Below the pieces are notes generated by a model. The model was not told where the DNA came from. It saw only the letters and a list, made by a program, of their open reading frames with translations, and searched no databases. A stretch of DNA of 64,000 bases from assembly GCA_040222015.1 (NCBI GenBank), contig JAVJWO010000193.1, forward strand, positions 1 through 64,000, in the 5' to 3' direction. The first letter of the stretch is position 1. Each line of letters opens with the position of its first letter. Origin of the DNA: Coleofasciculus chthonoplastes F2-STO-03. Its GTDB lineage: Bacteria > Cyanobacteriota > Cyanobacteriia > Cyanobacteriales > Coleofasciculaceae. Positions 40,568 to 51,047 of the stretch are shown in pieces. The position numbers and the translations under genes are program-made.

Positions 40568-40690
40568 AAGCTGTTCGGCATTTAAACCTTAATGTCAATA
40601 ATAACGAAATCCTTGTTGTGTGAGCATCTTGCTCACTGCATTGAGCATCTTGCTCGCTACCCATTCCCAATTTAAATGCATGACAGCTTA
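40568..40690. mobile_element. Miniature inverted-repeat element TAAGCTGTTCGGCATTTAAA...TTTAAATGCATGACAGCTTA
   Basis: Terminal inverted repeats and internal GAGCATCTTGCTC palindromes. Partial copies at 19780 and ~43585-43630. Confidence 0.7.
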
Positions 40691-40712
40691 CCTTGATGAG
40701 ATAAGAATTAAA

Positions 40713-40937
40713 CTACATAAACGAATTGCCCAGTCGTTTAGCTCGTTCTGCCAGCATCAGTTTAATATAGTTCTCAGTCCCCCCAACTCGGATTAAATCT
40801 TTCTGCTCTTCGGTCAAGTCATACTCCTCAATTAGAGCGTCTTTTTGATTCAGATATTTATCAAATATCTCTGGGTCTTCTGCCATATCCACCAATAGCT
40901 TAAATACAGCCGATCCGGGCATATTGGTTTGCTCCAT
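40713..40937 (-). CDS. Small LigA-like / SonA-like protein; putative RiPP precursor 2 (start ATG 40937)
   Basis: AAGGAGG RBS before ATG 40937; SAVFKLLVDMAEDP...EEYDLTEEQKDLIRVGG...ERAKRLG parallels the 39074-39292 protein. Confidence 0.75.
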   Translation of the reverse strand: MEQTNMPGSAVFKLLVDMAEDPEIFDKYLNQKDALIEEYDLTEEQKDLIRVGGTENYIKLMLAERAKRLGNSFM

Positions 40938-41058
40938 TGCCAAAAAACCTCCTTTTTTTTGCGACAAACACGATTTATTGATCAACAGTATCATAAATTT
41001 TGTTATTTCTGTAATTCTAGACGTTCCACCGAAACGTCTCTAATGTCCTTCCTAATCC

Positions 41059-42219
41059 TTATGCCAGTGGCAGATAAAATCGAAACGTACTACCTACTCC
41101 CAACTGACTGTCCACCTCAATCTCACCTCCTTGCAATTCCACCAACCGCTTCGAGATCGCTAACCCAATTCCCGTTCCCCCAGTGTTCGGATTGCGCGAC
41201 TTTTCCGCCCGCCAGAACCGTTCAAACACATGAGGAATATCCTCTGGGACAATCCCCATACCTGTATCCGTTACCGCAATCCATAACCGAGGCATTAGTC
41301 CTTTTCTCCCGTCCCGTTCTACCCACACCCGCACCGTAATCGCACCCGTTTGAGTATGGCGAATCGCATTCCCTAGAAGATTCACTAGTACCTGTTCTAA
41401 TCGGTCACTATCTGCCAATATCCGAGGCAATTTCTCAGGACAATCTAACTGCAATATGGGACTTTCTTCCAACACCTGATCTGCAAATTTTTGCACCAGG
41501 GATTCTAACAGGGGACACACATTCACGGGTTCAACTTTAATCGGCAGATAACCCGCTTCTGCTTTCGAGAGTTCCTGTAAATCATTAATTAATCGTTCCA
41601 ACCGTCGCGTTTCTTTTGCCAACTGCTGATACATCGCAGGCGTTGCGTCCATCCGTTGGGCAGCAAGTTCTTCTAAATAACCCCGAAGTACCGTCAGTGG
41701 GGTTCGCAGTTCATGGGTTAAATCACTGACTAAATCTCGCCGTCGCTGTTCCACATCTTCTAAACTCACTGCCATTTGGTTAAAACTGCTGGCAAGTTGA
41801 TTAATTTCGGGAATTTCACTGGGCGGAAGTCGTTTATCCAGCTTACCCGCTGCAAATTGTTGCGTAATGTCTTCAATTTGAGTTAGGGGTTTTACGATGC
41901 GACGAGACAACCAGTAACTGAGTCCCCCCGCCGCCGTCGTGCCAACAATAACCGACCAAAACGTGCCGCGATTCCATGCGGTTTGAAATCCTTGTAGTAA
42001 GGAAGTACGAGCAACGCGAAAGATGACACCTTTGCCTTCTAATTGTTGCAAATGCAAAATAAAGAAGCGCGGCGAAGACAATTTACTGATAATTAACAGG
42101 GAACCCACGCCGACAATCATCACCAATAAATGGGAGAGAAACAGGCGCGAGACTAAGGGTAACGATTTGCGGCGGCGTAAACCGGTTTTACTCATGATTA
42201 AAGAAGAATGATGTAACAA
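41059..42219 (-). CDS. HAMP-domain sensor histidine kinase (probable start ATG 42195)
   Basis: Two TMs, [22 protein letters not shown] and GTGIGL. Confidence 0.92.
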   Translation of the reverse strand: MLHHSSLIMSKTGLRRRKSLPLVSRLFLSHLLVMIVGVGSLLIISKLSSPRFFILHLQQLEGKGVIFRVARTSLLQGFQTAWNRGTFWSVIVGTTAAGGLSYWLSRRIVKPLTQIEDITQQFAAGKLDKRLPPSEIPEINQLASSFNQMAVSLEDVEQRRRDLVSDLTHELRTPLTVLRGYLEELAAQRMDATPAMYQQLAKETRRLERLINDLQELSKAEAGYLPIKVEPVNVCPLLESLVQKFADQVLEESPILQLDCPEKLPRILADSDRLEQVLVNLLGNAIRHTQTGAITVRVWVERDGRKGLMPRLWIAVTDTGMGIVPEDIPHVFERFWRAEKSRNPNTGGTGIGLAISKRLVELQGGEIEVDSQLGVGSTFRFYLPLA

Positions 42220-42486
42220 CCCGTAAAAATGACCCGCTCGACCTAATCTATAAACATTAGAAACAGGGCGGGTTTACATCAGTTACAAGTTTTTGCTTGT
42301 ATTTTATGTCTATCTACTCCTCAACATTTCCCCCTCATCCCCTAACCCCAACTCCGGTCCCCTCGTTCCCCCCTACCCCCCTCGTTCCCCCTGCTACAAG
42401 AGGGGGGAGGACAGAGGATGCGAGAGCTTTTGTTGCAGGGGTGAGGGGTTGAGCTTAAGTTGACACGGGTGTTGGAGACCAAACCC

Positions 42487-43218
42487 CTACGGGGTGTCTT
42501 CAAATTTATAACCAACACCGATAACCGTTTTAACAAAGGTCGGATTACTGGGGTCTGGTTCTATTTTTTTCCGCAATCGGGCGACATGGGTATCAACCAC
42601 CCGTTCATCGCCAAAAAAGTCATTCCCCCACAGTTTATCAATCAGTTGAGTACGATTCCAAACTCGACCGGGTTGACTGATAAAGGTTGCCAACAGATTA
42701 AATTCTAACGTGGTTAAATCCAGGGGTTCTGATTCCCCAGAATCGAGTTGGCGACTAGCCGTATGCTGATCCACATCCACAGTAAAATGTTGGGTACGGT
42801 AGACAAGGGACTGTCCGCCATGACGCAAACTACGCCGCAATAGCGCCCGGACTCTAGCCACCAGTTCGGTAGGGCTAAAGGGTTTGACGAGGTAATCATC
42901 AGCACCTGTTGATAGCCCAATCACGCGGTCAATTTCCTCTCCCTTCGCCGTCAGCATTAGAATATACGGGTCTTTGGGTCCCGGTTTTTGGCGAATTCGG
43001 GCGCAAACTTCCAATCCATCCAATCCCGGTAGCATTAAGTCGAGAATAATCACATCCGGTTGCTGGGTTTGGAAGGCTTGCAAGGCGGCTAATCCATCGC
43101 GATAGGAGTAGCAGGTGAATCCTTCCCGTTCTAGGGTAAGTTGGATGAGTTTGGCGATTTCCGCTTCGTCTTCAACGATTAAAATATCCATACAGGAACT
43201 CTGGCGACTGGACGTCAC
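42487..43218 (-). CDS. OmpR-family response regulator (probable start ATG 43191)
   Basis: ILIVEDE, LDLMLP, KPFS and winged helix VDTHVARLRKKIE...TVIGVGYKF. Confidence 0.93.
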   Translation of the reverse strand: MTSSRQSSCMDILIVEDEAEIAKLIQLTLEREGFTCYSYRDGLAALQAFQTQQPDVIILDLMLPGLDGLEVCARIRQKPGPKDPYILMLTAKGEEIDRVIGLSTGADDYLVKPFSPTELVARVRALLRRSLRHGGQSLVYRTQHFTVDVDQHTASRQLDSGESEPLDLTTLEFNLLATFISQPGRVWNRTQLIDKLWGNDFFGDERVVDTHVARLRKKIEPDPSNPTFVKTVIGVGYKFEDTP

Positions 43219-43815
43219 AGCTACACAAACTTTCGTCCGCCTGTGCGGACTGAATTATAAAGGGGGTAGTCAATCCGGATTTGGTATTAGACGCCGCATT
43301 GGGGATGGCTTTTGCCTGTGCTTGTTTCTACGATACCTCATCCCCATTCATCAGACGACAGCGAGGAAGCCCAACACTACTGCAAGGGATAGGGGAGCAT
43401 GTTCCAGATGCGCCATGGCGCGTCTGGGGAGAATAAATGAAATTAGATCTCGCGGCGAGCAGGATTGGGAAGCCCAAGTTTTGTTGAGGAGGGGTTGATT
43501 CATGAATCGTTGTTTTTGTCAAGACAAAACGAATAGGATCAGGGCGGCTTTTTTCGGCTTATTATATTTTTATCTCATCCTTGTAGTGCGAGCATCTTGC
43601 TCGCTACTAATACCCAATTTAAATGCATGATAAGTAGTCGGACAAAAGTTGAGTAAAGGGCGACCCGACCCCATTGAATGGACTGATGTTGTTAATTAGG
43701 TCAAGCGGGTCGCCCCTACAGGGGAATTATAAATGTTGCTTTCATCCGTTGCCGATGCGATCGCTAATTTAGATCCCCAACCTTCAAGAAGTCGAGGATC
43801 GGGTAGGGGAATGGA

Positions 43816-44748
43816 TTATAAGCCTAATTTCTCTAAAACAGGTCGCGTAGATACAATATGCTTACTCAACCCCAACTCCTTAGGCGGAATACCGAGCGCC
43901 AAAGCTACCAATTGCGGTAAATGCAATACAGGTAATCCCAGCTTACGCTCAATCACCTTTTCCACTTCCGGTTGACGAGAGTCAAGATTAAGGTGGCACA
44001 ACGGGCAAGGCGTCACCATACAATCTGCCCCGGCGTCAATGGCTTCTTGGATATTTTTTCCTGCCATTTGAAATGATTGCTCAGTCGCATAACTAGCAAT
44101 GGGCCAACCACAACATTGGGTTCGTCCCCGATAATAGACCGGAGTTGCGCCAACGGATCGGAATACATTTTCCATCGATTCGGGGTGAAACGGGTTGTCA
44201 TAGGGGATTGTGGTTTGTCCTCGGAGCAAATAACAGCCATAGAAGGCGGCACATTTTAACCCGCTTAGCTTTCGGGTAACCCGTTCTTGTATGGCGTCTA
44301 GTCCATAATCGGTGACTAACGCCCACAGCAAGTGCTTGACTTCGCTATTCCCTTTATAAGGAGAACACCCCTCTTTTTTCAGTAAGCCATTAACTTGATC
44401 AATATAGCCCGGATCACTCTGTTGAAAGTCCTTCAAGCGTTCATCCACATGACCAATAACCCCCTGACAGGTGCTGCAATGGGTTAACAGGGGTAGATTC
44501 AGTTCCTCCGCCAAGGTAATATTACGGGCATTTACGGTATCTTCCAGCAATCGGGAATCTTCCTTAAATGTGCCAGAACCGCAACAGGAAGCTTTTTTCA
44601 GTTCAATCAGTTCAATGCCCAAGGCTTGAGTCAAGGCGGCGGTGGATTGGTACAATTCTCGGCAAGCGCCTTGGGCGACACAACCGGGGAAGTAAGCGTA
44701 TTTTAGGGTTTGAGATGGCATGGCAGTTAATCTGGATGTCAGGTTCAA
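43816..44748 (-). CDS. hdrB: Heterodisulfide reductase subunit B-like CCG-domain Fe-S protein (probable start ATG 44721)
   Basis: YAYFPGC, SCCG, CSTC, FYGC, QCCG and PCPLCHLNLD. Confidence 0.85.
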   Translation of the reverse strand: MNLTSRLTAMPSQTLKYAYFPGCVAQGACRELYQSTAALTQALGIELIELKKASCCGSGTFKEDSRLLEDTVNARNITLAEELNLPLLTHCSTCQGVIGHVDERLKDFQQSDPGYIDQVNGLLKKEGCSPYKGNSEVKHLLWALVTDYGLDAIQERVTRKLSGLKCAAFYGCYLLRGQTTIPYDNPFHPESMENVFRSVGATPVYYRGRTQCCGWPIASYATEQSFQMAGKNIQEAIDAGADCMVTPCPLCHLNLDSRQPEVEKVIERKLGLPVLHLPQLVALALGIPPKELGLSKHIVSTRPVLEKLGL

Positions 44749-45277
44749 TTATCCCATTGCTCATCCTAATGGGTAGCGTGGGCAATTTTGGAATTTTTGG
44801 TTGAGTAAAGGGCGACCCGATCCCATTGAGTGGATACAGGCGTTGATTGGTGCCGTGCGGGTCGCCCCTACACGAACTGTTGGGGATCGCCTCCACCCTT
44901 GATATACCGCCTTACTTTTCACGGGATCTGGAAAACCTCTCTCCAAACCTCTCTCCTGCAAGGAGAGAGGCTTTGAATTCTCCCCCTTCTGTGCAAAAAA
45001 AAAGTGAAAAGTCAGGATATACCGTAGGGTGGGCATTGCCCACCAACCTTAAGGAGTGTGTCTTTTGACTTAAGATGAATGCCACTGACACTGACTTTAG
45101 AGTTTGTAGTAAGCGCTGTCTTCGCTTCTGGCACTAAAGTGCCTACTACGAACCCAGCTTAAGTCAGTGACATTTGACTTAAGATGACAGGCTCCCGTCG
45201 GATAGGGCGCAGCATCATACCATAGAGAATTGGTACGACCTGTTTCCTTGCCAAAACGTTTGAACGCACCACCGTTT

Positions 45278-46072
45278 ATGTATCAAACCGATCCCCCCCG
45301 CCCTCCTCAGGAAACCCTACCCACCATGTATGATCTACCCAGTGAAATGGTGGAGGAACCAGGTTTGCCCGATGAGTTTCACCGACTGCAGGCTGACTTG
45401 CTGAGCCAAACTTGCCAACCCCCGAATCAGCCTATGGATCAAGTGTTTGTCGCCAGTGACTTGAACCTTTACTATGATCCGCGTCATCCCCGTTGGTACA
45501 AGCGTCCTGATTGGTTTGTTGTTCTTGGGGTGCGCCGATTTACCCAGCAACAGGATTTGCGCTGGAGTTATGTGATTTGGCAAGAGGGGGTTACGCCTTT
45601 GCTCGTGGTTGAGTTGCTCTCCCCCGGTACAACACCGGAAGATTTGGGGCAGACATTGCGGGAGGTGAACCAACCGCCGACGAAGTGGGAGGTCTACGAG
45701 CGAATTTTGCGTATTCCTTATTATGTGGTGTTTGATCGGTATGTTAATCAGTTTAGGGCTTTTTGTTTATCGGGTACTCGTTATCAGGAGTTATCACTAC
45801 AAAATCAGCGGCTGTGGTTGGACGAATTACAGCTAGGGTTAGGCATTTGGCAAGGGGTGTTTGAGGAGACTACAGGTTTGTGGTTACGTTGGTATGATCG
45901 GACTAATCGCTGGATACCTACACCCGCAGAGCAAGCACAGCAGGAACAACAACGGGCTGAGCAATTGGAAATGCAGTTAGAGCAGGAGCGTCAGCGAAGT
46001 GAGCGGTTGGCAGAACGGTTGCGGGGGTTGGGGATTGATCCAGATGCTTTGAGTGAGGATGACCTAGGATAA
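45278..46072 (+). CDS. Uma2 (DUF820) family endonuclease-fold protein
   Basis: LPTMYDLPSE, PDWFVV, SYVIWQEG, VELLSPGT, KWEVYE and a coiled-coil tail LAERLRGLGIDPD. Confidence 0.9.
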   Translation: MYQTDPPRPPQETLPTMYDLPSEMVEEPGLPDEFHRLQADLLSQTCQPPNQPMDQVFVASDLNLYYDPRHPRWYKRPDWFVVLGVRRFTQQQDLRWSYVIWQEGVTPLLVVELLSPGTTPEDLGQTLREVNQPPTKWEVYERILRIPYYVVFDRYVNQFRAFCLSGTRYQELSLQNQRLWLDELQLGLGIWQGVFEETTGLWLRWYDRTNRWIPTPAEQAQQEQQRAEQLEMQLEQERQRSERLAERLRGLGIDPDALSEDDLG

Positions 46073-46293
46073 TGATGTTGCTGACATTATACTGGGGAGC
46101 AAGGTTTCGCGATCGCGAGATGATGGATTGAGCCTTGAATCACTCGTCTGATTGGGTTAGCGAAAGTCGGGGCGGGTTTAGTCACATCTGGGTGTAACCG
46201 AAAAGATAGTAGTGAAACCCGCCCCTACAGACTCATGCACCGTGCCCTCAAGGGTTGTGAAGGGTCAATGCGCCACATACCGTGAAAAGTAAT

Positions 46294-47292
46294 CTAAACG
46301 ATCGCGCTTGTCGCCTGGAGATAAATTTCCGCGATCGCGATCGCCATGAGTACCCCGACTAAACTGAACCAACTCCCCAGAGTGCCGAGAGTGGTGATTA
46401 ATAAGACAATCATACTGGTGGCAATCAGGTAGGTGAGAGCAACTTGGCGATGAGTCCAACCGGATTGTTGAAGCCGCTGGTAAATGTGACTACGATGCCC
46501 TTTAAAGATGTTTTCTTGGCGGATCAGGCGACGGATAATAGTGTAGATGGCATCAGCGGTGAGTGGGAGGGTGACAGCCAAAGCAGACCAGGCTTGTACG
46601 GAATTATGGCTGTTGAGCAGGGCGATGGCGACACTGGCTCCCAGGACGGTGCTACCTGCATCGCCCATAAAGATTTTCGCGGGAGACCAATTCCACCAGA
46701 GAAAACCAAGGAGGGCGGCGGTAAGCAGCCAGAATAAGGGTTGGTTGAGGTATAGTGCTAGGAATGCCATCTGGAGGGCGGTGACGCTGGCAACTAGACC
46801 ATCTAAACCATCCATGAAGTTGTAGAAGTTGATTAGGGCGGTGATGCCAATTAGGGTGAGTGCGATCGCGATTATTTGACCGACTAGACCGAAGTTAGAG
46901 AGCCAGGGTAGGGGGAAGGAACCGAAACACGCGATCGCGAGGCTGGCGACAGACAGATGCACTAGGTAGCGTATTCTGGCGGGAAGCCCTTGGCGGTCAT
47001 CAATGATACCAATGATGGCTAGGGGGGTGAGGATGAGCCAGAGGAAGGTTGGGTTGGGGTTAATTAGGGGGTGGGATAGGAGTTGAGGGAAATAACTGGC
47101 GAATAGAGAGGCAATTAATCCCGTTATGGCAAACGCTAGGATGAAACCCAAGCCACCACCACGGGGAGTGGGTTGGGTATGGGAACTGCGATCGTTGGGG
47201 ATGTCTAGTAAGTGGTTGCTGAAGCGTCGTTTAATGAGATTAGTCAGGAGGATACTCGCCAGAAAACTGGCAGCCGCAAGAACAGTTAACAT
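46294..47292 (-). CDS. MraY/WecA-like (WbpL-type) undecaprenyl-phosphate sugar-1-phosphate transferase
   Basis: DIPNDRSSH..PTPRGGG, GIIDD, NFYNFMDGLDG, IFMGDAGS and HRSHIYQ. Confidence 0.92.
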   Translation of the reverse strand: MLTVLAAASFLASILLTNLIKRRFSNHLLDIPNDRSSHTQPTPRGGGLGFILAFAITGLIASLFASYFPQLLSHPLINPNPTFLWLILTPLAIIGIIDDRQGLPARIRYLVHLSVASLAIACFGSFPLPWLSNFGLVGQIIAIALTLIGITALINFYNFMDGLDGLVASVTALQMAFLALYLNQPLFWLLTAALLGFLWWNWSPAKIFMGDAGSTVLGASVAIALLNSHNSVQAWSALAVTLPLTADAIYTIIRRLIRQENIFKGHRSHIYQRLQQSGWTHRQVALTYLIATSMIVLLITTLGTLGSWFSLVGVLMAIAIAEIYLQATSAIV

Positions 47293-47502
47293 GCTTGTCT
47301 ATTACACTTCTCACACACACATCTTTTACTATATGACCTATTCGTTTCCGGTGATTTCCGTTAGAGAGGTATACTTCGCACGGTCAAATTTGTCATTCTG
47401 AAAGGAGCGATAGCGGAGTGAAGAATCTCACGACTATGTTACGCTGTACTTCACTAAGCTCTGCATGAAAAAAGCTCAGTTTTTGACCGCGAACAGTATA
47501 CA

Positions 47503-48477
47503 TCAGCGCAAGGTTTTTGAGAGTCCTTCGTCCACTGTGTAGGGAGGTTCCCAGTTGAGGGTGTTTCGGATGTGGCTGCTGTCAACGATTAGGGAACCTA
47601 GCAGGCGGTCAATGGTTGAACTATTCAGAGGTAGGGGGCGTTTGGTGAATTGCTCGATGGTATCTCCTAGATGACCTGCTAGTTTGAGCAGGCTGGGTGG
47701 TACTGGGAGCAGGTGACAAGGGCGTTCTAAGTGGTAGGCTATCTTGTGGATTAGTTCGGGTGTGGAGAGATCTTGACCATCGCTAACCAGGAACGTTTGA
47801 TTTTTGGCGTTGGGGTGAGTTAGACAAGTCGCGATCGCATCAACGAGATTACCGACGTAGAGAAGGCTGCGGCGGTTATTGACTAGACCGAAGGGTAAGG
47901 GTAAGCCTCGATTGATGAGTTTAATTAGGCGTTCCATGTTGCCAGGGTTGCCAGAACCGTAGACTAAGGTAGGGCGTAGAATAGTCCATGTCATGCTGCT
48001 TTGGCTGGCAAGCTCGATTAGGGCTTGTTCGGCTTGGAGTTTGCTGCGTCCGTAAGGAGTATCGGGTTGGCAAGGGGAGGTTTCCGTGAGAGGATGGTCG
48101 CTTAGGGTTGCCATTGCACCGATGGAGCTGATAAAGACAAAGTGCTTTACTCCTGCGGCAATAGATTGTTTGACAAGGTTTGCAGTTCCTGTGGTGTTAA
48201 CTTTGAAAAATTCTTGTTCTTTTTCATGGTGATTTTTCTCTTTGGTAAAAATATGAGCGCTTCCAGCTAAATGAACTAATAAATTAATGTCTTTGAGAGA
48301 TTCTGTCCAGTCAGTTGTTTCATTGATGTTATCAATTACACTAATGTTTATCGATGGCAATTTTTCATTGGATATGTGACGTATTGCCAGCTTTACCCGC
48401 CAATTTAAATCTTGAAGTCTAGTGATTAAGTGACGACCGATAAAACCTGTTGCTCCCGTAACTAAGATATATTTCAC
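47503..48477 (-). CDS. NAD-dependent epimerase/dehydratase (extended SDR)
   Basis: TGATGFIG, FISS, YGRSK and RPTLVYG. Confidence 0.9.
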   Translation of the reverse strand: MKYILVTGATGFIGRHLITRLQDLNWRVKLAIRHISNEKLPSINISVIDNINETTDWTESLKDINLLVHLAGSAHIFTKEKNHHEKEQEFFKVNTTGTANLVKQSIAAGVKHFVFISSIGAMATLSDHPLTETSPCQPDTPYGRSKLQAEQALIELASQSSMTWTILRPTLVYGSGNPGNMERLIKLINRGLPLPFGLVNNRRSLLYVGNLVDAIATCLTHPNAKNQTFLVSDGQDLSTPELIHKIAYHLERPCHLLPVPPSLLKLAGHLGDTIEQFTKRPLPLNSSTIDRLLGSLIVDSSHIRNTLNWEPPYTVDEGLSKTLR

Positions 48478-48496
48478 TGGACCTCCAATTTTTTGA

Positions 48497-49579
48497 TCAG
48501 GGTGTTTTCTCTAACTCGTAACCTGATTCTAAAAAATAATTTTCGTCAATTTTAAGAATGTGAATACGGAAAAGTTGCTGAGTATATCCCCACGCATGAG
48601 CAATTGGAATTGTTGTCAACACTACCCAACATAGTGAGCATCTTTTAAGAAAACTTGGAAACTGACTATTTTCTCCTCGCCAAAATTCATCTTTACACGA
48701 ATCATAAAATTTGACATTAATTTGGATAGCCTCTATAATACAGAGAATGACTATCATAGCATCAAGACTAACAATATACGATAAGTTTCTAAAACTTGCC
48801 CAGTTTACTATAAAAAGCAATAAATTTATAACTAAACAATGAAATGGAAGATTACTGCGTTTTGGAAGTTTGTTAGGATACCGACGATTGATCAAACAAC
48901 ATCCTCTTCCGTATTTTACATACTGGTTCCATAAAGCTTTCCAGTTAGAACGCGGGAAATACCAGACTTTAATACTAGAACAGATATAAATAGCTTGAGT
49001 ATTTTTATCCAACAAACGCAAGTTAAGTTCTGTATCTTCCTTACGAGTTAAGTAATATCCTCCAACTTCTAGTAATGCTTTGAGCCAGAAGCAACCTAGA
49101 AAAACTGTATCTGCATATCCTGTATAATTAGGGTTACGGTACTTTGCTTTTCCACTCCCCAGAGGACTACGAGATGCCAGGGCAACCGCAAGCTGAAAAG
49201 GATTTTTAGCTAAAAATCGTTGGGCACCTCCAACATTTAAACTTCCAGAATATTGTAATGCTTCAACACAACGCTCAACGTAGTCAGGAGCATATTCGCA
49301 ATGAGCATCTACTCGTAGAAAAATATCTCCTTTAGATACTTGACTCATAAGCTGAAGGGCTGCTGACTGAATCCGCAGGCGGTTATCGAGTAGTTTTATA
49401 CGGGAATCCTCAAAAATTAATCCTTCAACTATTTGGCGAGTGTTGTCATTACTTCTACCATCTGCAATAATAATCTCTATTATCTCAGGATATGAAGAAT
49501 TCAGAAAGCAACGGATTACTTTTCCAATATGCTTTTCTTCATTATAGGTAGGTATGGCAATTGTAACTGTTGGATTCAT
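48497..49579 (-). CDS. GT2 glycosyltransferase (ExoA-like)
   Basis: IPTYNEE, DGRSND, RVDAH and EDTELNLRL. Confidence 0.88.
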   Translation of the reverse strand: MNPTVTIAIPTYNEEKHIGKVIRCFLNSSYPEIIEIIIADGRSNDNTRQIVEGLIFEDSRIKLLDNRLRIQSAALQLMSQVSKGDIFLRVDAHCEYAPDYVERCVEALQYSGSLNVGGAQRFLAKNPFQLAVALASRSPLGSGKAKYRNPNYTGYADTVFLGCFWLKALLEVGGYYLTRKEDTELNLRLLDKNTQAIYICSSIKVWYFPRSNWKALWNQYVKYGRGCCLINRRYPNKLPKRSNLPFHCLVINLLLFIVNWASFRNLSYIVSLDAMIVILCIIEAIQINVKFYDSCKDEFWRGENSQFPSFLKRCSLCWVVLTTIPIAHAWGYTQQLFRIHILKIDENYFLESGYELEKTP

Positions 49580-49813
49580 GTAGACAAGCCCTAGAAAACA
49601 AGTTGAGTTAATTCTCTCATTTTGGCAAGCAATAACAGTACAATTGTTTTTAATTTTGGAACTGCCATAGACTTCGCAATATTCAATATTTTGTGAGCTA
49701 CCCTGCCTGAATGACGTATCAACATTTTAATTTTAACAGTATATCTTATTCCTGGACTTTCTGTATCCTTTGTTTTTGTAAGTTAGTTAATTAATGTTAT
49801 TCTACTTACCAGT

Positions 49814-51031
49814 TCAATATTTATATCGATTTGACAGATGAATCGATATCGCCCCAAAAAGTATATAGGAATCTTTGAGTTCACCTAACACATTCCAAAT
49901 AAGTAAGTAAAACAAGGTGTATAGAGAAAAAGCAAGCGCCCGTGAGTTATATGTATAAAAAATAATAATCATAGCATTACAGATAAACTGTATTAATATC
50001 ATGCTTAATATTATTAGTCCTGCGATACCTGCACAGATCCACACTTCGAGAAAAATGTTGTGAGGTATACTCTTAAATATAGCTTGATATGTCTGTAAAC
50101 CATGACCGAATAATGGTTTATCTAAAATTGTTTGAAATGTATCTCTATATATAACTATTCTTGGTTCTTCGCTTACATTTGTAAATAATCTTGTTAATCT
50201 GGATTCTAATATTTCAGAGCTTAAATTGGTTAATAAGTAGAACACCCAAAACATCAAGAAAATTAAGATTGTAATAAACTTAAATAACCTTGCTTTATTC
50301 AAGGTTATCAGAGATGAAAAAATTTTGGGTGTAAAAATGAATATAAGGTAGAATGATATAATTATAACTGGAAACAGTATTGATGCTCTTCCTGGCCAGC
50401 TTACTAATACTTTTAAGTTGATCAAGAAAACAGAAGCCCAACAAATTTTACTTATCAAGTTTGATTGGTTAAGAAATATCAATGCAAAACAGCAAACTAG
50501 GCTAGCTCCAAGGGGCATACTGAGGGGCGCATAATTTCTTCCTTGTAATATACCATCGATATTTATTGCCATCAATGACAAGATCACTCCCCATGCAATC
50601 TGTAGATAGATAATGATCGGTATATGTTCTTTTTGAGTAAAGAATGTTAAACCTAAAACAAATAGAAAGACACTCAAATACTGCAAAGCTGGCTCTAAGC
50701 TAAGCAGTACTATATGCTCGCTCCACAGTCCCGATGCTATTAAAATACTATATAAACTAAGCCATAGTAAAATAAAATCTCTTTTTTGTCTACTTAGCTT
50801 AATACTGGTAAAAACTAGGTTGATACGACTTGTGTTTGTGCAATTTAATAGCCCCGTAATGTACAAGCCAATTAAAGCAAATAAGTTAAATAAAGGGCTA
50901 GATATAGTAAAGTAAAGAGAAAAAAAAGATTTTACACTAGGAAGGTTGAGAACAAAAAAACTGAAAAATGATACGCATATAGAGAAAAAACTAGAGGCAT
51001 TGACAAAATTTTTTTTACTTTTCATAGTCAA
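49814..51031 (-). CDS. O-antigen polymerase/ligase family membrane protein (Wzy/WaaL)
   Basis: Multi-TM protein with R..IY...KPLFGHG...PHNIFLE...G..G motif. Confidence 0.8.
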   Translation of the reverse strand: MTMKSKKNFVNASSFFSICVSFFSFFVLNLPSVKSFFSLYFTISSPLFNLFALIGLYITGLLNCTNTSRINLVFTSIKLSRQKRDFILLWLSLYSILIASGLWSEHIVLLSLEPALQYLSVFLFVLGLTFFTQKEHIPIIIYLQIAWGVILSLMAINIDGILQGRNYAPLSMPLGASLVCCFALIFLNQSNLISKICWASVFLINLKVLVSWPGRASILFPVIIISFYLIFIFTPKIFSSLITLNKARLFKFITILIFLMFWVFYLLTNLSSEILESRLTRLFTNVSEEPRIVIYRDTFQTILDKPLFGHGLQTYQAIFKSIPHNIFLEVWICAGIAGLIILSMILIQFICNAMIIIFYTYNSRALAFSLYTLFYLLIWNVLGELKDSYILFGAISIHLSNRYKY

Positions 51032-51047
51032 CTAAGGTTGTTTATAT

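Noticed and set aside
43328..43522. Small ORFs at 43115-43522, 44612-45068 and 19855-20091
   Set aside because: They are largely composed of, or overlap, dispersed repeats and neighbouring genes; no coding signature.
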